Positions 8,726 through 17,693 of a DNA stretch of 32,000 nt are shown piece after piece. The position numbers and the translations under genes were made by a program. A model generated the notes under the pieces. The model saw nothing but the letters and a program-made list of their open reading frames with translations, was not told the origin of the DNA and did no database searches. Source of the stretch: Nitrospinales bacterium (GTDB taxonomy: Bacteria; Nitrospinota; Nitrospinia; Nitrospinales; VA-1); contig OZ253496.1 in the NCBI GenBank assembly GCA_965262115.1, positions 1,315,175 through 1,347,174 of the forward strand, written 5' to 3'. Every line of letters begins with the position of its first letter. Position 1 is the first letter of the stretch.

Positions 8726-9429
8726 ATGGCAGAAGAAGACCGAGAAAAGCCTGGCGGGTCTCAGGAAATTGAACTCAGTGAATCGGAGATCAAAGAACTT
8801 AAACGCCTGGAAGCCAAGAAACAAGCCGAGCAACAAAAGGTGCTTGGCTCTAAAGACAATCTATTTGGGGCGATCCTGACCGATCTGGACCTGGAAGGAC
8901 TAGATTTGCATGACGCCAAAATGGCAAAAGCAAACCTCAACAACACCAATCTGAGTGGGGCCAATTTGAGCAATGCTAATTTCATTGAAGCAGATTTGAC
9001 AGAAGCCAATTTGTCAAAGGCCGACCTGCATGATGCCTATTTTGCCGATGCCCAATTGATTGCGGCAGATTTTTCCGAGGCCGACCTGCGCTGAGCAGAT
9101 TTCAGTTGGGCTGTTTTAAGCGAAGTCCGATTCAATGAAGCAAATCTGCTGGAAGTTGATTTTACCGAAGCGACTCCGGTCGCCTCCGACTTCACCTGGC
9201 CAATGTGACCGGAGCAAATTTCGACCAGACAAACCTGATTGATGTACGTTTGAAGGAGATTGATCTGTCTCAAGCGCTGAACCTTACGCCGGAACAAATC
9301 GAATCCGCCGAAATCGACAAGGCCACCCAACTCCCTCCTTACCTCGAAGTAATATGGGAAGATAGGGATAACTTCAAAGTACAAAAGGTGACTGAGAAAA
9401 AATCCAGGCGGGAAAAAGCAAAAAAATAA
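8726..9429 (+). pseudogene. Pentapeptide-repeat protein, disrupted
   Basis: ORF 8678..9094 (likely start ATG 8726) has A(D/N)LxxANL pentapeptide repeats, hits TGA at 9092-9094, resumes in frame (ADFSWAVLSEVRFNEANLLEVDFTEA), then needs a frameshift near 9190 to join ORF 9205..9429 (ANVTGANFDQTNLIDVRLKEIDL). Confidence 0.75.
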
Positions 9430-9480
9430 ATCGTCTTTGCTTAATCAATATTTTGTTCTAAAGAAACCAGAACCCTTCTA

Positions 9481-9663
9481 TCAACCCCGGCCTTCCTCAA
9501 ACTGAATCTCGCCATCCGCACCCACTGCATATCTTATTTCTATCGGACGGCAACAGACTTCACAATCTTCTATATATTCCTGATGCGGCACCGACAAATC
9601 CAAGAGGACGGAAATGGACTGACCACAATGCGGGCAGTTAAAAAATTGTTCGACCTGCTCCAT
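9481..9663 (+). CDS. CPXCG-motif cysteine-rich small protein
   Basis: 60-aa ORF FFNCPHCGQSISVLLDLSVPHQEYIEDCEVCCRPIEIRYAV, two paired CxxC-type motifs. Confidence 0.8.
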
Positions 9664-9674
9664 GCTCGATTCAG

Positions 9675-10067
9675 TTATTCCTGCATACGAAAATCTTTGG
9701 AGAAATAGGATACCAGGTCTTTCACCGAAAGGATGCCCACTATTTTATCCTCTTCCGTAACCCCCAAATGCCGAATCTTATTTTTATGCATAAATCGGTT
9801 CGCCTCTTCAATAGGCAAATAACAATCCAACGAAAGCACAGGGCTTGTCATGATTTCCGAAATCGGAGTGGCGTCCGGGTTCAAACCTTTACCCAATACT
9901 TTTCGGGTCAGGTCCGTTTCGGTCACAATACCCACATACTCGTCAAATTTTTTCACCAGCAAAGACCCGATATTATTTGCCGTCATAAACAAGGCGGCTT
10001 CCTGAACAGTAGACTCTATGTCTATACTCAATACGGGGGATACCATATAATCGCCGATTTCATCCAT
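9675..10067 (-). CDS. CBS domain-containing protein
   Basis: 130-aa ORF with two CBS motifs: TVQEAALFMTANNIGSLLVKKFDEYVGIVTETDLTRKVLG and PIEEANRFMHKNKIRHLGVTEEDKIVGILSVKDLV. Confidence 0.93.
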   Translation of the reverse strand: MDEIGDYMVSPVLSIDIESTVQEAALFMTANNIGSLLVKKFDEYVGIVTETDLTRKVLGKGLNPDATPISEIMTSPVLSLDCYLPIEEANRFMHKNKIRHLGVTEEDKIVGILSVKDLVSYFSKDFRMQE

Positions 10068-10287
10068 GTTCCTCCTCCTTATTTAAAAGGTGCCATGATG
10101 CCCATAATTCTTGGATGCCGGACAAAGGCCGGGGATTCGCTCTTTTTAAGACCCTTAAAATACCTCAAGACAGGGGCTGAAAACAATAGCAAAAGGCGGA
10201 CCATAACTTCTCGAATTTTAAGGAGTTATTGATTTATACCGTTTTTATTATAAAATCTGCAATTCAACAGGAAACATCCATAGCCCT

Positions 10288-10752
10288 ATGCCTCACGAAA
10301 TAAATGTCGTTTTAGTCGAACCGGAAATTCCCATGAATACGGGAACGATTGGGAGGTTGTGCCTTGCGACAGGGAGCACCCTGCACCTGATAGAACCGCT
10401 GGGATTCGAAATCAGCAACAGCCAGCTTAAACGAGCGGGTCTGGATTATTGGAAACACGTAAATGTCAAAACCTACCCCGGCCTTGAAATGTTTCTTCGA
10501 AGCATTCTCCCTTCTGCCCAAAAGGTATTTTTCTCCACCAAGGGGAAGAAGGATTTTTTCCAACATGCATTTCAACCAGGCGCCTATCTGTTCTTTGGCA
10601 GTGAAACTCAGGGGCTACCAAAAAGTTTACTGCAATCCAATCAGGATACCACTTATCGCATCCCACAATATGATGAACGGGTTCGGTCTATCAATATTGC
10701 AAATGCAGTTAGCATAGCTGTTTACGAAGCCATCCGACAACTGGGAGTCTAA
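10288..10752 (+). CDS. trmL: tRNA (cytidine(34)-2'-O)-methyltransferase, SPOUT family
   Basis: 154-aa ORF: INVVLVEPEIPMNTGTIGRLCLATGSTLHLIEPLGFEIS...LKRAGLDYW...YLFFGSETQGLP...RIPQYDERVRSINIANAVSIAVYEAIRQ. Confidence 0.92.
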   Translation: MPHEINVVLVEPEIPMNTGTIGRLCLATGSTLHLIEPLGFEISNSQLKRAGLDYWKHVNVKTYPGLEMFLRSILPSAQKVFFSTKGKKDFFQHAFQPGAYLFFGSETQGLPKSLLQSNQDTTYRIPQYDERVRSINIANAVSIAVYEAIRQLGV

Positions 10753-10795
10753 GCCTCAAAAAAATACCAGCCGAGTTGCTCCATAACAATCTGGC

Positions 10796-11176
10796 TCATA
10801 CACCCGGATCAACCTGAGAAAAATCTTCTGGCTTAACGTCGAATTTTCGGTAGTACTGCCGCAACAACCCTCTGGCCTCCACCTTATTCACCTGATCGTT
10901 TTTATTGCCAAAAAGGTTGCCGGCTTTAAGAATATGCAAAATGGCTTTTTCTCCGTTGCTCATGCTTTCATACAAAACCGCCAGGTTAAAATGCGCTTCC
11001 GCAGATTTTGGATTGCCCTTTAAAGTTTCTTCAAATTCGCGAACCGCTTCTTCCGCCCTGTCCGCCCTTTCATAGGCCGTGCCCAGGTTAAAATGCGCCG
11101 CCGGATCATCGGGCGTGGATTCCACCTGGGCTCTCAGTTCCTTTATTTCCTTGCTCTCAAAAAATTTTCCGAACAT
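10796..11176 (-). CDS. Tetratricopeptide repeat protein
   Basis: 126-aa ORF with TPR units DDPAAHFNLGTAYERADRAEEAVREFEETLKGNPKSAEAHFNLAVLYESMSNGEKAI. Confidence 0.85.
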   Translation of the reverse strand: MFGKFFESKEIKELRAQVESTPDDPAAHFNLGTAYERADRAEEAVREFEETLKGNPKSAEAHFNLAVLYESMSNGEKAILHILKAGNLFGNKNDQVNKVEARGLLRQYYRKFDVKPEDFSQVDPGV

Positions 11177-11295
11177 TTTTTATGCTTGGTTCTTTAAATT
11201 CTTTGCGCTCAAAGAGATTTTTTTGAACACAATTTTTCACTCCAGACTCTCAGTTCTTCAGTACCATTACTTTTAAAACAATCTCAACATACAAC

Positions 11296-11652
11296 TCAAA
11301 GACCGGAATCGCCCAACTCGTCCTCTTCAAACAATTCCATCAGGGAGTTTCTGGAATCGTCTTGAAATTGTTCCTGGTCTTTACGGTCAATATATAAGTT
11401 CAACTGCTTCAAATGTTCCGCCGACAAATTGCACAATATCAACCGTTCCATAACAGTTTCTTTTTGGTAATCGTTCAGCAATTTACCGATACAATTGTGG
11501 AGAAACGGGGTCAAAATAGACTGCACCTCCTCAAAATCCAATTCCACCGGGTTGCCTTTCTGAAATTCTGGAGCAAGCATAGAGTACACCTTCTGCCCAT
11601 CATCGATGGACGCGCAATGAGCTCCCACATGTTCTGATAGTCTGATTTTCAT
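11296..11652 (-). CDS. STAS-like DUF4325 family protein
   Basis: 118-aa ORF MKIRLSEHVGAHCASIDDGQKVYSM...VELDFEEVQSILTPFLHNCIGKLL; pattern resembles DUF4325. Confidence 0.6.
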   Translation of the reverse strand: MKIRLSEHVGAHCASIDDGQKVYSMLAPEFQKGNPVELDFEEVQSILTPFLHNCIGKLLNDYQKETVMERLILCNLSAEHLKQLNLYIDRKDQEQFQDDSRNSLMELFEEDELGDSGL

Positions 11653-12004
11653 CGTTTATTATTTCCTTCACATCGAGTCTGCATAAAAATATCTTGCTAT
11701 TTTACTCATGATACCTCTGCATACCCCATAAATTTCCGCAATAATTTCATATTTTCTGGTGTTTTTGCCATGAAACATGCCAGCCGAGGTCAAATTTGCC
11801 TTAATTTTACCGATAAGTTGTTATAATTAAACCTCTAACCTTATAGTTCCAGCAATGCGAAACACCTCTTTCACACGGGGCTCTGGCCGCTCGACTGTTT
11901 TTGGCGCAACAGCTCGAACCGTTTTCTTAGGATTCCTGCTTTTATTAGGTTTCCCCCTCCACACTTCTGCTGCTTGCTGATATACGCTATAATCCGCTTG
12001 ACCT

Positions 12005-13306
12005 ATGGAACCCAAAAACACGATTCACATAAACGCCCAGACCTCAAAACCAAAAGCCATATTGGTGGGGGTTAGCATGCCGGGCATCCGATCCCCGTCC
12101 ACTGAAATTTCACTTGAAGAACTGGAAGGTCTTGCAACCACTGCCAATTATGAGCCGGTGGCCACGTTGACCCAGCACTTAGCAGAGATTAACTGCAAAA
12201 CCTTTTTAGGCAGTGGAAAAGTGGAAGAGATCAGGCAAGCCGTCAAGTACCATTATCCGGAAGCAGTCATTTTTGACGAAGAACTGTCGCCCCGACAAAA
12301 CCGGGAACTGGAAAATATTCTGAAATGCAGGGTCATGGACCGACCCTGGGTCATCCTGGAAATTTTTAGCGACCACGCCCGAACCCGGGAGGCGAAAACC
12401 CAGGTTGAACTGGCAAGGATGAAATATGCCCTTCCCCGTCTTACCGGAATGTGGGGACACCTTTCCCGGCAACGAGGCGGAATTGGCATGAAGGATGTGG
12501 GAGAAACCCAGATCCAACTGGACCGCCGAATGATCCGCAATGAGATCCACAAACTGGAAAAAAAACTCGTTCAAATCGATAAGGAAAAAAAGACCCAGAG
12601 AAAAAACAGGCAGGGAACTTATAAAGTAGCGTTGGTCGGTTACACCAACGCAGGAAAATCCACACTGATGAATTGCCTGACGGGTGCTGACACGCTGGTC
12701 GAGGATAAATTCTTCGCGACCCTGGACGCGACCGTGCGCAAGATAAAGAAAAATTTTCCCTACCCGGTACTGCTCTCAGATACCGTTGGACTGATCAACA
12801 AATTGCCTCATGATCTGGTCGCCTCGTTTAAGAGCACCCTGGACGAAGTGCGTGATGCCGACTTACTGATTCATGTCGTGGACCTCAGTCATCACAAATA
12901 TGCCGAACAAATGCGCACCGCAGATGACCTTCTTCAGCAAATTGGAGTGGACAATATCGATATTCTCACCGTCTTCAATAAAGTTGATGCGTTGTCGAAC
13001 ACCGAAATTCTGGATCGGGTCCTTCATGCTTATCCTTCTGCAATCGGTATTTCCTGCAAAACGGGACAAGGCATCGATTCGCTCCGCCAACAAATGGCCT
13101 GCCATTATGAGAAAAATCTGGTACCGTACCGTCTCGAACTGGAGCACTCCCAGACCATGCTCATTCAGGAAATACGGAAACATGCCCTGGTGTTGAAGGA
13201 GGATTACAACCCCAACGGCATTGCATTAAGCTTACGGCTTTCTCCGGAGGCAAAAGCTAAACTGGAATCCATTTTGAAACGATCTATAAAACCCACACCG
13301 GGATGA
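12005..13306 (+). CDS. hflX: GTPase HflX
   Basis: 433-aa ORF; SQRGGIGMKDVGETQIQLDRRMI (RGGIGxRGPGETQ-like), G1 GYTNAGKSTLMN, G3 DTVG, G4 NKVD. Confidence 0.95.
   Translation: MEPKNTIHINAQTSKPKAILVGVSMPGIRSPSTEISLEELEGLATTANYEPVATLTQHLAEINCKTFLGSGKVEEIRQAVKYHYPEAVIFDEELSPRQNRELENILKCRVMDRPWVILEIFSDHARTREAKTQVELARMKYALPRLTGMWGHLSRQRGGIGMKDVGETQIQLDRRMIRNEIHKLEKKLVQIDKEKKTQRKNRQGTYKVALVGYTNAGKSTLMNCLTGADTLVEDKFFATLDATVRKIKKNFPYPVLLSDTVGLINKLPHDLVASFKSTLDEVRDADLLIHVVDLSHHKYAEQMRTADDLLQQIGVDNIDILTVFNKVDALSNTEILDRVLHAYPSAIGISCKTGQGIDSLRQQMACHYEKNLVPYRLELEHSQTMLIQEIRKHALVLKEDYNPNGIALSLRLSPEAKAKLESILKRSIKPTPG
13249..13294 (+). repeat. Left copy of exact 46-bp direct repeat, 3' end of hflX
   Basis: GGCAAAAGCTAAACTGGAATCCATTTTGAAACGATCTATAAAACCC; identical copy at 14359-14404. 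Confidence 0.95.
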
Positions 13307-13328
13307 CGTGTTAACGCCAATACGATAA

Positions 13329-14192
13329 ATGACAAAAATTAATTGGGCATATTGTCAAAAAAATTCTGATTCAATCCTTGCTTCCGGTCTAAATTTATTA
13401 CAAGAAGACACTATAGAAGACTTCGATAGCGAATTCTCAAAAGACTATGGTAATTATCTCATTTCCGATAAAAGTAAGGAATGGAATTATATTGGAGAAG
13501 CAAAAAACCTTTCTAAAAGATTAAAACAGCACTCCAAAGAAGAGACTTCTACATTCTATAAGAACTATAAAAAGCTTGAAAAAGACTTCTGCAATTATCC
13601 AAAAGGTCTTAAAATTAGTCAATTTGAAGTTAGAACTATTAACACTAAAATAGGACGGAAAGAACTTGAGGAATTTGGAATAGTAAACATTCCTGCTGTT
13701 TTAAATAAATTCCAAAAACGGAAAAGGAATAGATTTAAACAAAAAGTTGATACTGAAATTTGGAACGGAACTCAGAGCAATTTCCATTCAATTCTCGAAC
13801 AAGAAGAAAAGAAATTAATGGGTTTAAAAAGTTATAATTGGTTTCAACCACAAATACCTTCAACTGCTGGACTATATTGGGTTGAAAACAAATCGAAAGG
13901 ACTCATTTATATTGGAGAAAGTTCTAATATCTACGAAAGATATGGTACTCATTCTAGAGATACTTATTTTTCAGCATTAAGACGACATATTGGAGAAAAG
14001 ATTCTTGGTTTCAACTTGCAGACAATTAACAATCGTAAAAGATATTTCTCGAAATCAGAAAATGACGAAATAACTACTTTTTTAAAAGAATGTATTATTA
14101 AACCATTTTCAATCAATTATGGAAGGTATGAGCTTGAAGAATATTTAATACGAAAATACAACCCGTTATTGAATAGAAAAGGAAATAAGTAA
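13329..14192 (+). CDS. Protein with two GIY-YIG nuclease-like domains
   Basis: 287-aa AT-rich ORF. Domain 1: YGNYLISDKSKEWNYIGEAKNLSKRLKQHS. Domain 2: TAGLYWVENKSKGLIYIGESSNIYERYGTHSRDTYFSALRRHIGEKILGF...YELEEYLIRKYNPLLN. Confidence 0.8.
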   Translation: MTKINWAYCQKNSDSILASGLNLLQEDTIEDFDSEFSKDYGNYLISDKSKEWNYIGEAKNLSKRLKQHSKEETSTFYKNYKKLEKDFCNYPKGLKISQFEVRTINTKIGRKELEEFGIVNIPAVLNKFQKRKRNRFKQKVDTEIWNGTQSNFHSILEQEEKKLMGLKSYNWFQPQIPSTAGLYWVENKSKGLIYIGESSNIYERYGTHSRDTYFSALRRHIGEKILGFNLQTINNRKRYFSKSENDEITTFLKECIIKPFSINYGRYELEEYLIRKYNPLLNRKGNK

Positions 14193-14358
14193 AGGCGCTA
14201 ATTGAGTAAACAGCTCCACCAGTAGAAACTGGCGGAGGTCGTTAAGGCGAAGATTGCAGCCCAGCATCAGACCAGTTTGTTTTCTCCAGAGATGGTTGTT
14301 AAGCAGGTGATTGGAGCAAAAGAGGCGTCTGCATCCAGATCGTCCGATTTTCTCCAAG

Positions 14359-14404
14359 GGCAAAAGCTAAACTGGAATCCATTTTGAAACGATCTATAAA
14401 ACCC
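14359..14404 (+). repeat. Right copy of exact 46-bp direct repeat, ectopic hflX 3' end
   Basis: Identical to 13249-13294, spacing 1110 bp; reads through ...SIKPD* in the hflX frame. Confidence 0.95.
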
Positions 14405-14448
14405 GATTGACATACATTCGCATCGCCCCGGGTTTATAAACCTGATCT

Positions 14449-16635
14449 CTAAAGAACAATCAGTTTGGCATGGCTGGCCGAAAGTTTCTTTTTCCCGTGA
14501 GGGGCTTTAAAAAACACTTCCAGATTCAAATTTTCTTCACTACCTGAAAGGTTGATCACAATTCCCGACCCAAACTTAGCGTGCAAAACCTTTGTCCCGA
14601 TAGAATAAGTACCGTCCTTTGTTCCAATCGAATAGGAACCCCCACTTTTTCCCTGATAAGGAAGAGCTCCGCCAAGTGTGCTGATAAATTGAGGTGCGGT
14701 TTCATTGCTGAACCTGCTGGATTCACGGATCATAACTTCATCGGGAATAGAAAGCAGAAAATCTGATGGAAGATAATTAAAAGTAGTGCCATAGATTCTC
14801 CTACGCCTGGCATAAGTGACGAACAGTTTTTTCCGGGCTCGGGTAAAACCTACATAGCACAGCCTTCTATCTTCTTCATATTGCTCAGAGTCCGACATGG
14901 AACTGGCATGCGGGAAGAGTCCATTTTCCATACCCACTACAAATACCGAAGAAAATTCCAACCCCTTACAGGTATGCAGGGTCATTAATGGAAGAACCCC
15001 ACGCTCGTCATCAAGGTTATCCAGATCCGCCACCAGAGAGGCCGAATCCAGAAACTCCTGCAGGGAACCTTCCCCATTCTCAATGGACTGCTCCACTGCG
15101 GAAAATAATTCCTCCAGATTTTCCATACGTCCTTTACTCTCGCGGGTATCCTCTTTTTTCAACATTTCCCCATAACCCGTTCGGTCTACCACCTCTTGCA
15201 GAAGTGCCAGCGGGTCATCCTTCATGGAATCCAGATGATCGATGATTTGCAAGAATTGGGCAATTCTCTTGCCTGCTGCAGGATCTGTCAATTTTTCCTG
15301 CTCGTTCCGGCGCAAACCCTCCTGGAGCGACAATCCCATTTCCCGGCAATACTGCTCAACCTTTTCCATCGAGGTCTTGCCAATTCCCCGGGCAGGAACA
15401 TTGATAATTCGTTTTAAAGAAACTGAATCACTCGGATTTAAAACAACCCGCATGTACGCCAGCACATCCTTGATCTATTTTCTTTCATCAAAACGCAGGC
15501 CTCCTATTACCTGATAGGGCAACCCGGTTCTCATCAACACATCTTCCAATACCCGGGACTGCGCATTGGTACGATAAAGAACGGCCATATCATTAAAGCT
15601 AAAGCCTTCGTCACGGTTCAAAGCCTGGATTTTTTCGCAAACAAATTCCGATTCATCCGTTTCATCTTCAGCCCTGTAGCACAACACTGGAGAACCCACT
15701 TCATTTTTCGTCCACAATGTTTTATCCTTCCGATTTCTGTTTTCTCTCACTACACTTCCTGCCGCATTTAAAATATTTTGTGTGGACCGGTAATTTTCCT
15801 CAAGCTTGATCACCGTTGTTCCGGGGAAATCTTTTTCAAACTTCAAAATATTTTCTATGTTTGCCCCCCCCCTCCAACGATAAATACTCTGGTCATCATC
15901 CACAACAACGCATATGTTATTGTGCGATTGCGACAGCAGACGTACCATCCTGTACTGAACCGCATTGGTATCCTGAAACTCATCAACCAGAATATACTGA
16001 AACCTGTCGTTGTAACGAGCCCTTAAAGAAGGAAACTCCTGAAACAATCTGCTTGTAAAAACCAGCAAATCGTCAAAATCTAAAGCATTATTTTTTTTCA
16101 GGGCAGACTGGTAAACAAGATAAAGACCCGCCGCCTTGAGTTGGTGACCATAAGGCATCGCATCCGGCTGCAAATCTTCGGGCATGAGAAAATCATTTTT
16201 GAATCCGCTGATGTGACCGAGAAGGGTTTTTGGAGGGAATGCGTCAGCACTGATTTCCGCTACCTTCATACACTGCTTGATCAAAGTCAACTGGTCCTGC
16301 GCGTCGTAGACAGCAAAATCATTGGAAAAACCCAGTTCCGAAATATTCATTCTTAGAATTCTCAGACAAAAAGAATGAAAGGTGCTGATCCAGGGGGAAG
16401 CTCCACGAAGGTCCAGCATTTTCCGGACACGTTCCTTCATTTCCCCTGCGGCTTTGTTGGTAAAGGTTATCGCTAGAATACTTTCTGGAGGAATCCCTTT
16501 CTCTTTAATTAAATTGGCAATGCGGCAGGTGATGACACGTGTTTTCCCGGAGCCTGCTCCCGCCACCACCATCAGCGGACCCTCATTATGGCGCACGGCC
16601 TGTAACTGCTGCGGATTCAAATTTTCAAGATCCAC
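14449..16635 (-). pseudogene. UvrD/PcrA-family superfamily I DNA helicase, split by one in-frame TAG
   Basis: ORF 15475..16635 (LNPQQLQAVRHNEGPLMVVAGAGSGKTRVITCRIANLI...ILAITFTNKAAGEM...VVVDDDQSIYRWRGG...GGLRFDERK*) continues in the same frame after TAG (minus-strand codon at 15475-15477) as IKDVLAYMRVVLNPSDSVSLKRIINVPARGIG...MTLHTCKGLEFSSVFVVGMENGLFP...RRLCYVGFTRARKKL. Confidence 0.9.
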
Positions 16636-16765
16636 GGAGTGCCTCCGATGGCAAATTGCAAAGTCTTTATTTCATCCTTCGGGGCATGGCTATAACATGC
16701 GGTAAACGTTCTCTCGGCCCTATGAGCCATTGCTATCTGCCTCCACGGCTAGTGGGATTAAACTA
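16630..16765 (+). repeat. Intergenic repeat family, copy 1
   Basis: CGGAG-TGC-CTCCG hairpin, then CAAATTGCAAAGTCTTTA, then CGTTCTCTCGGCCCTATGAGCCATTGCTATCTGCCTCCACGGCTAGTGGG; alignable to copies near 20.6 and 30.97 kb. Confidence 0.6.
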
Positions 16766-17693
16766 AATTTTCCCAGGTCACGGAAGCCAGCGCCTCAACA
16801 AATGTCGGGGAAAGGTTTAACGATTCGATGCGGTGCAAACTCAACTGGCGTTCACGGGCATATTTATTAAATTCTATATCAATATCGAACAAAATTTCTA
16901 CATGATCGCAAACAAAACCAACCGGAACCATTAAAACTGTTTTTGAGCCCCGCTTTGCGATCTTATCCAAAACCGATTCCACCGTGGGCCCCAACCAGGG
17001 AATCGGTATCATCCCCTGACTCTGGTAAGCTTTATACCAGTGCCACGGTTGGACCCGTTCCACGAGCTTTGCAACGGTTTTGTCAAACTCTTCAGGATAA
17101 GGATCGCCAAACTCTAAAGATTCGGAGGGGATACTGTGCGCTGTGAAAATCGTGTGAACCGATTCTTCTACATTCGGTCCCAGTTTTTCAAGAGCCGTGC
17201 GGTATTTTTCTTCAAACGCATCAATGAGAAGTGGATGGTCCACCCAACTACCAATGTAGCGCACATCCAAATTCTCTGCATCGCAGTTTTTCAACGCTTC
17301 CTTAAAAACATTGAAGTACAAACGCGTACTCCAAGTGCTGAATTGCGGGGCCAGGCAAAGTGCCACCACTTTTTTCACCCCGTCTTCCTTCATCCTTTTT
17401 ACCTCGTCACCGATATAAGGACTCCAGTTGCGCATTCCGCAATAGACTTTAAACTGCGATCCCTGCTGGTTGAGAAAAGACTCCAACCGGGCGCATAGTT
17501 CCTGGGTGATCTCCCGCAGGGGAGACTTTCCGCCGATCTGCTCATAACGGTCGCGGATGATCTGGATGGTTTCTGGAGTGGACTCCATTCCGCCGCGAAT
17601 ATTTCTCAAATATTCCGGGATATCATCAACGGACTCGGGAGCCCCATGCGCCATAAGGAAAACACCGATCAGCGGCTCGGCGGGATCATTCAT
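16758..17693 (-). CDS. hemH: Ferrochelatase
   Basis: ORF (open to 17732) with LIGVFLMAHGAPES..DIPEYLRNI..GGMESTPE...YGGKSPL...YCGMRNWSPYI...FTAHSIP...YQSQGMIPIPWLGPTVE...VPVGFVCDHVEILFDIDIE. Start is inferred from the hemE junction. Confidence 0.93.
   Translation of the reverse strand: MNDPAEPLIGVFLMAHGAPESVDDIPEYLRNIRGGMESTPETIQIIRDRYEQIGGKSPLREITQELCARLESFLNQQGSQFKVYCGMRNWSPYIGDEVKRMKEDGVKKVVALCLAPQFSTWSTRLYFNVFKEALKNCDAENLDVRYIGSWVDHPLLIDAFEEKYRTALEKLGPNVEESVHTIFTAHSIPSESLEFGDPYPEEFDKTVAKLVERVQPWHWYKAYQSQGMIPIPWLGPTVESVLDKIAKRGSKTVLMVPVGFVCDHVEILFDIDIEFNKYARERQLSLHRIESLNLSPTFVEALASVTWENLV

Noticed and set aside
11827-12021. 64-aa minus-strand ORF overlapping the hflX start
   Set aside because: Overlaps the hflX start and promoter region with no family signature; coding status not supported.
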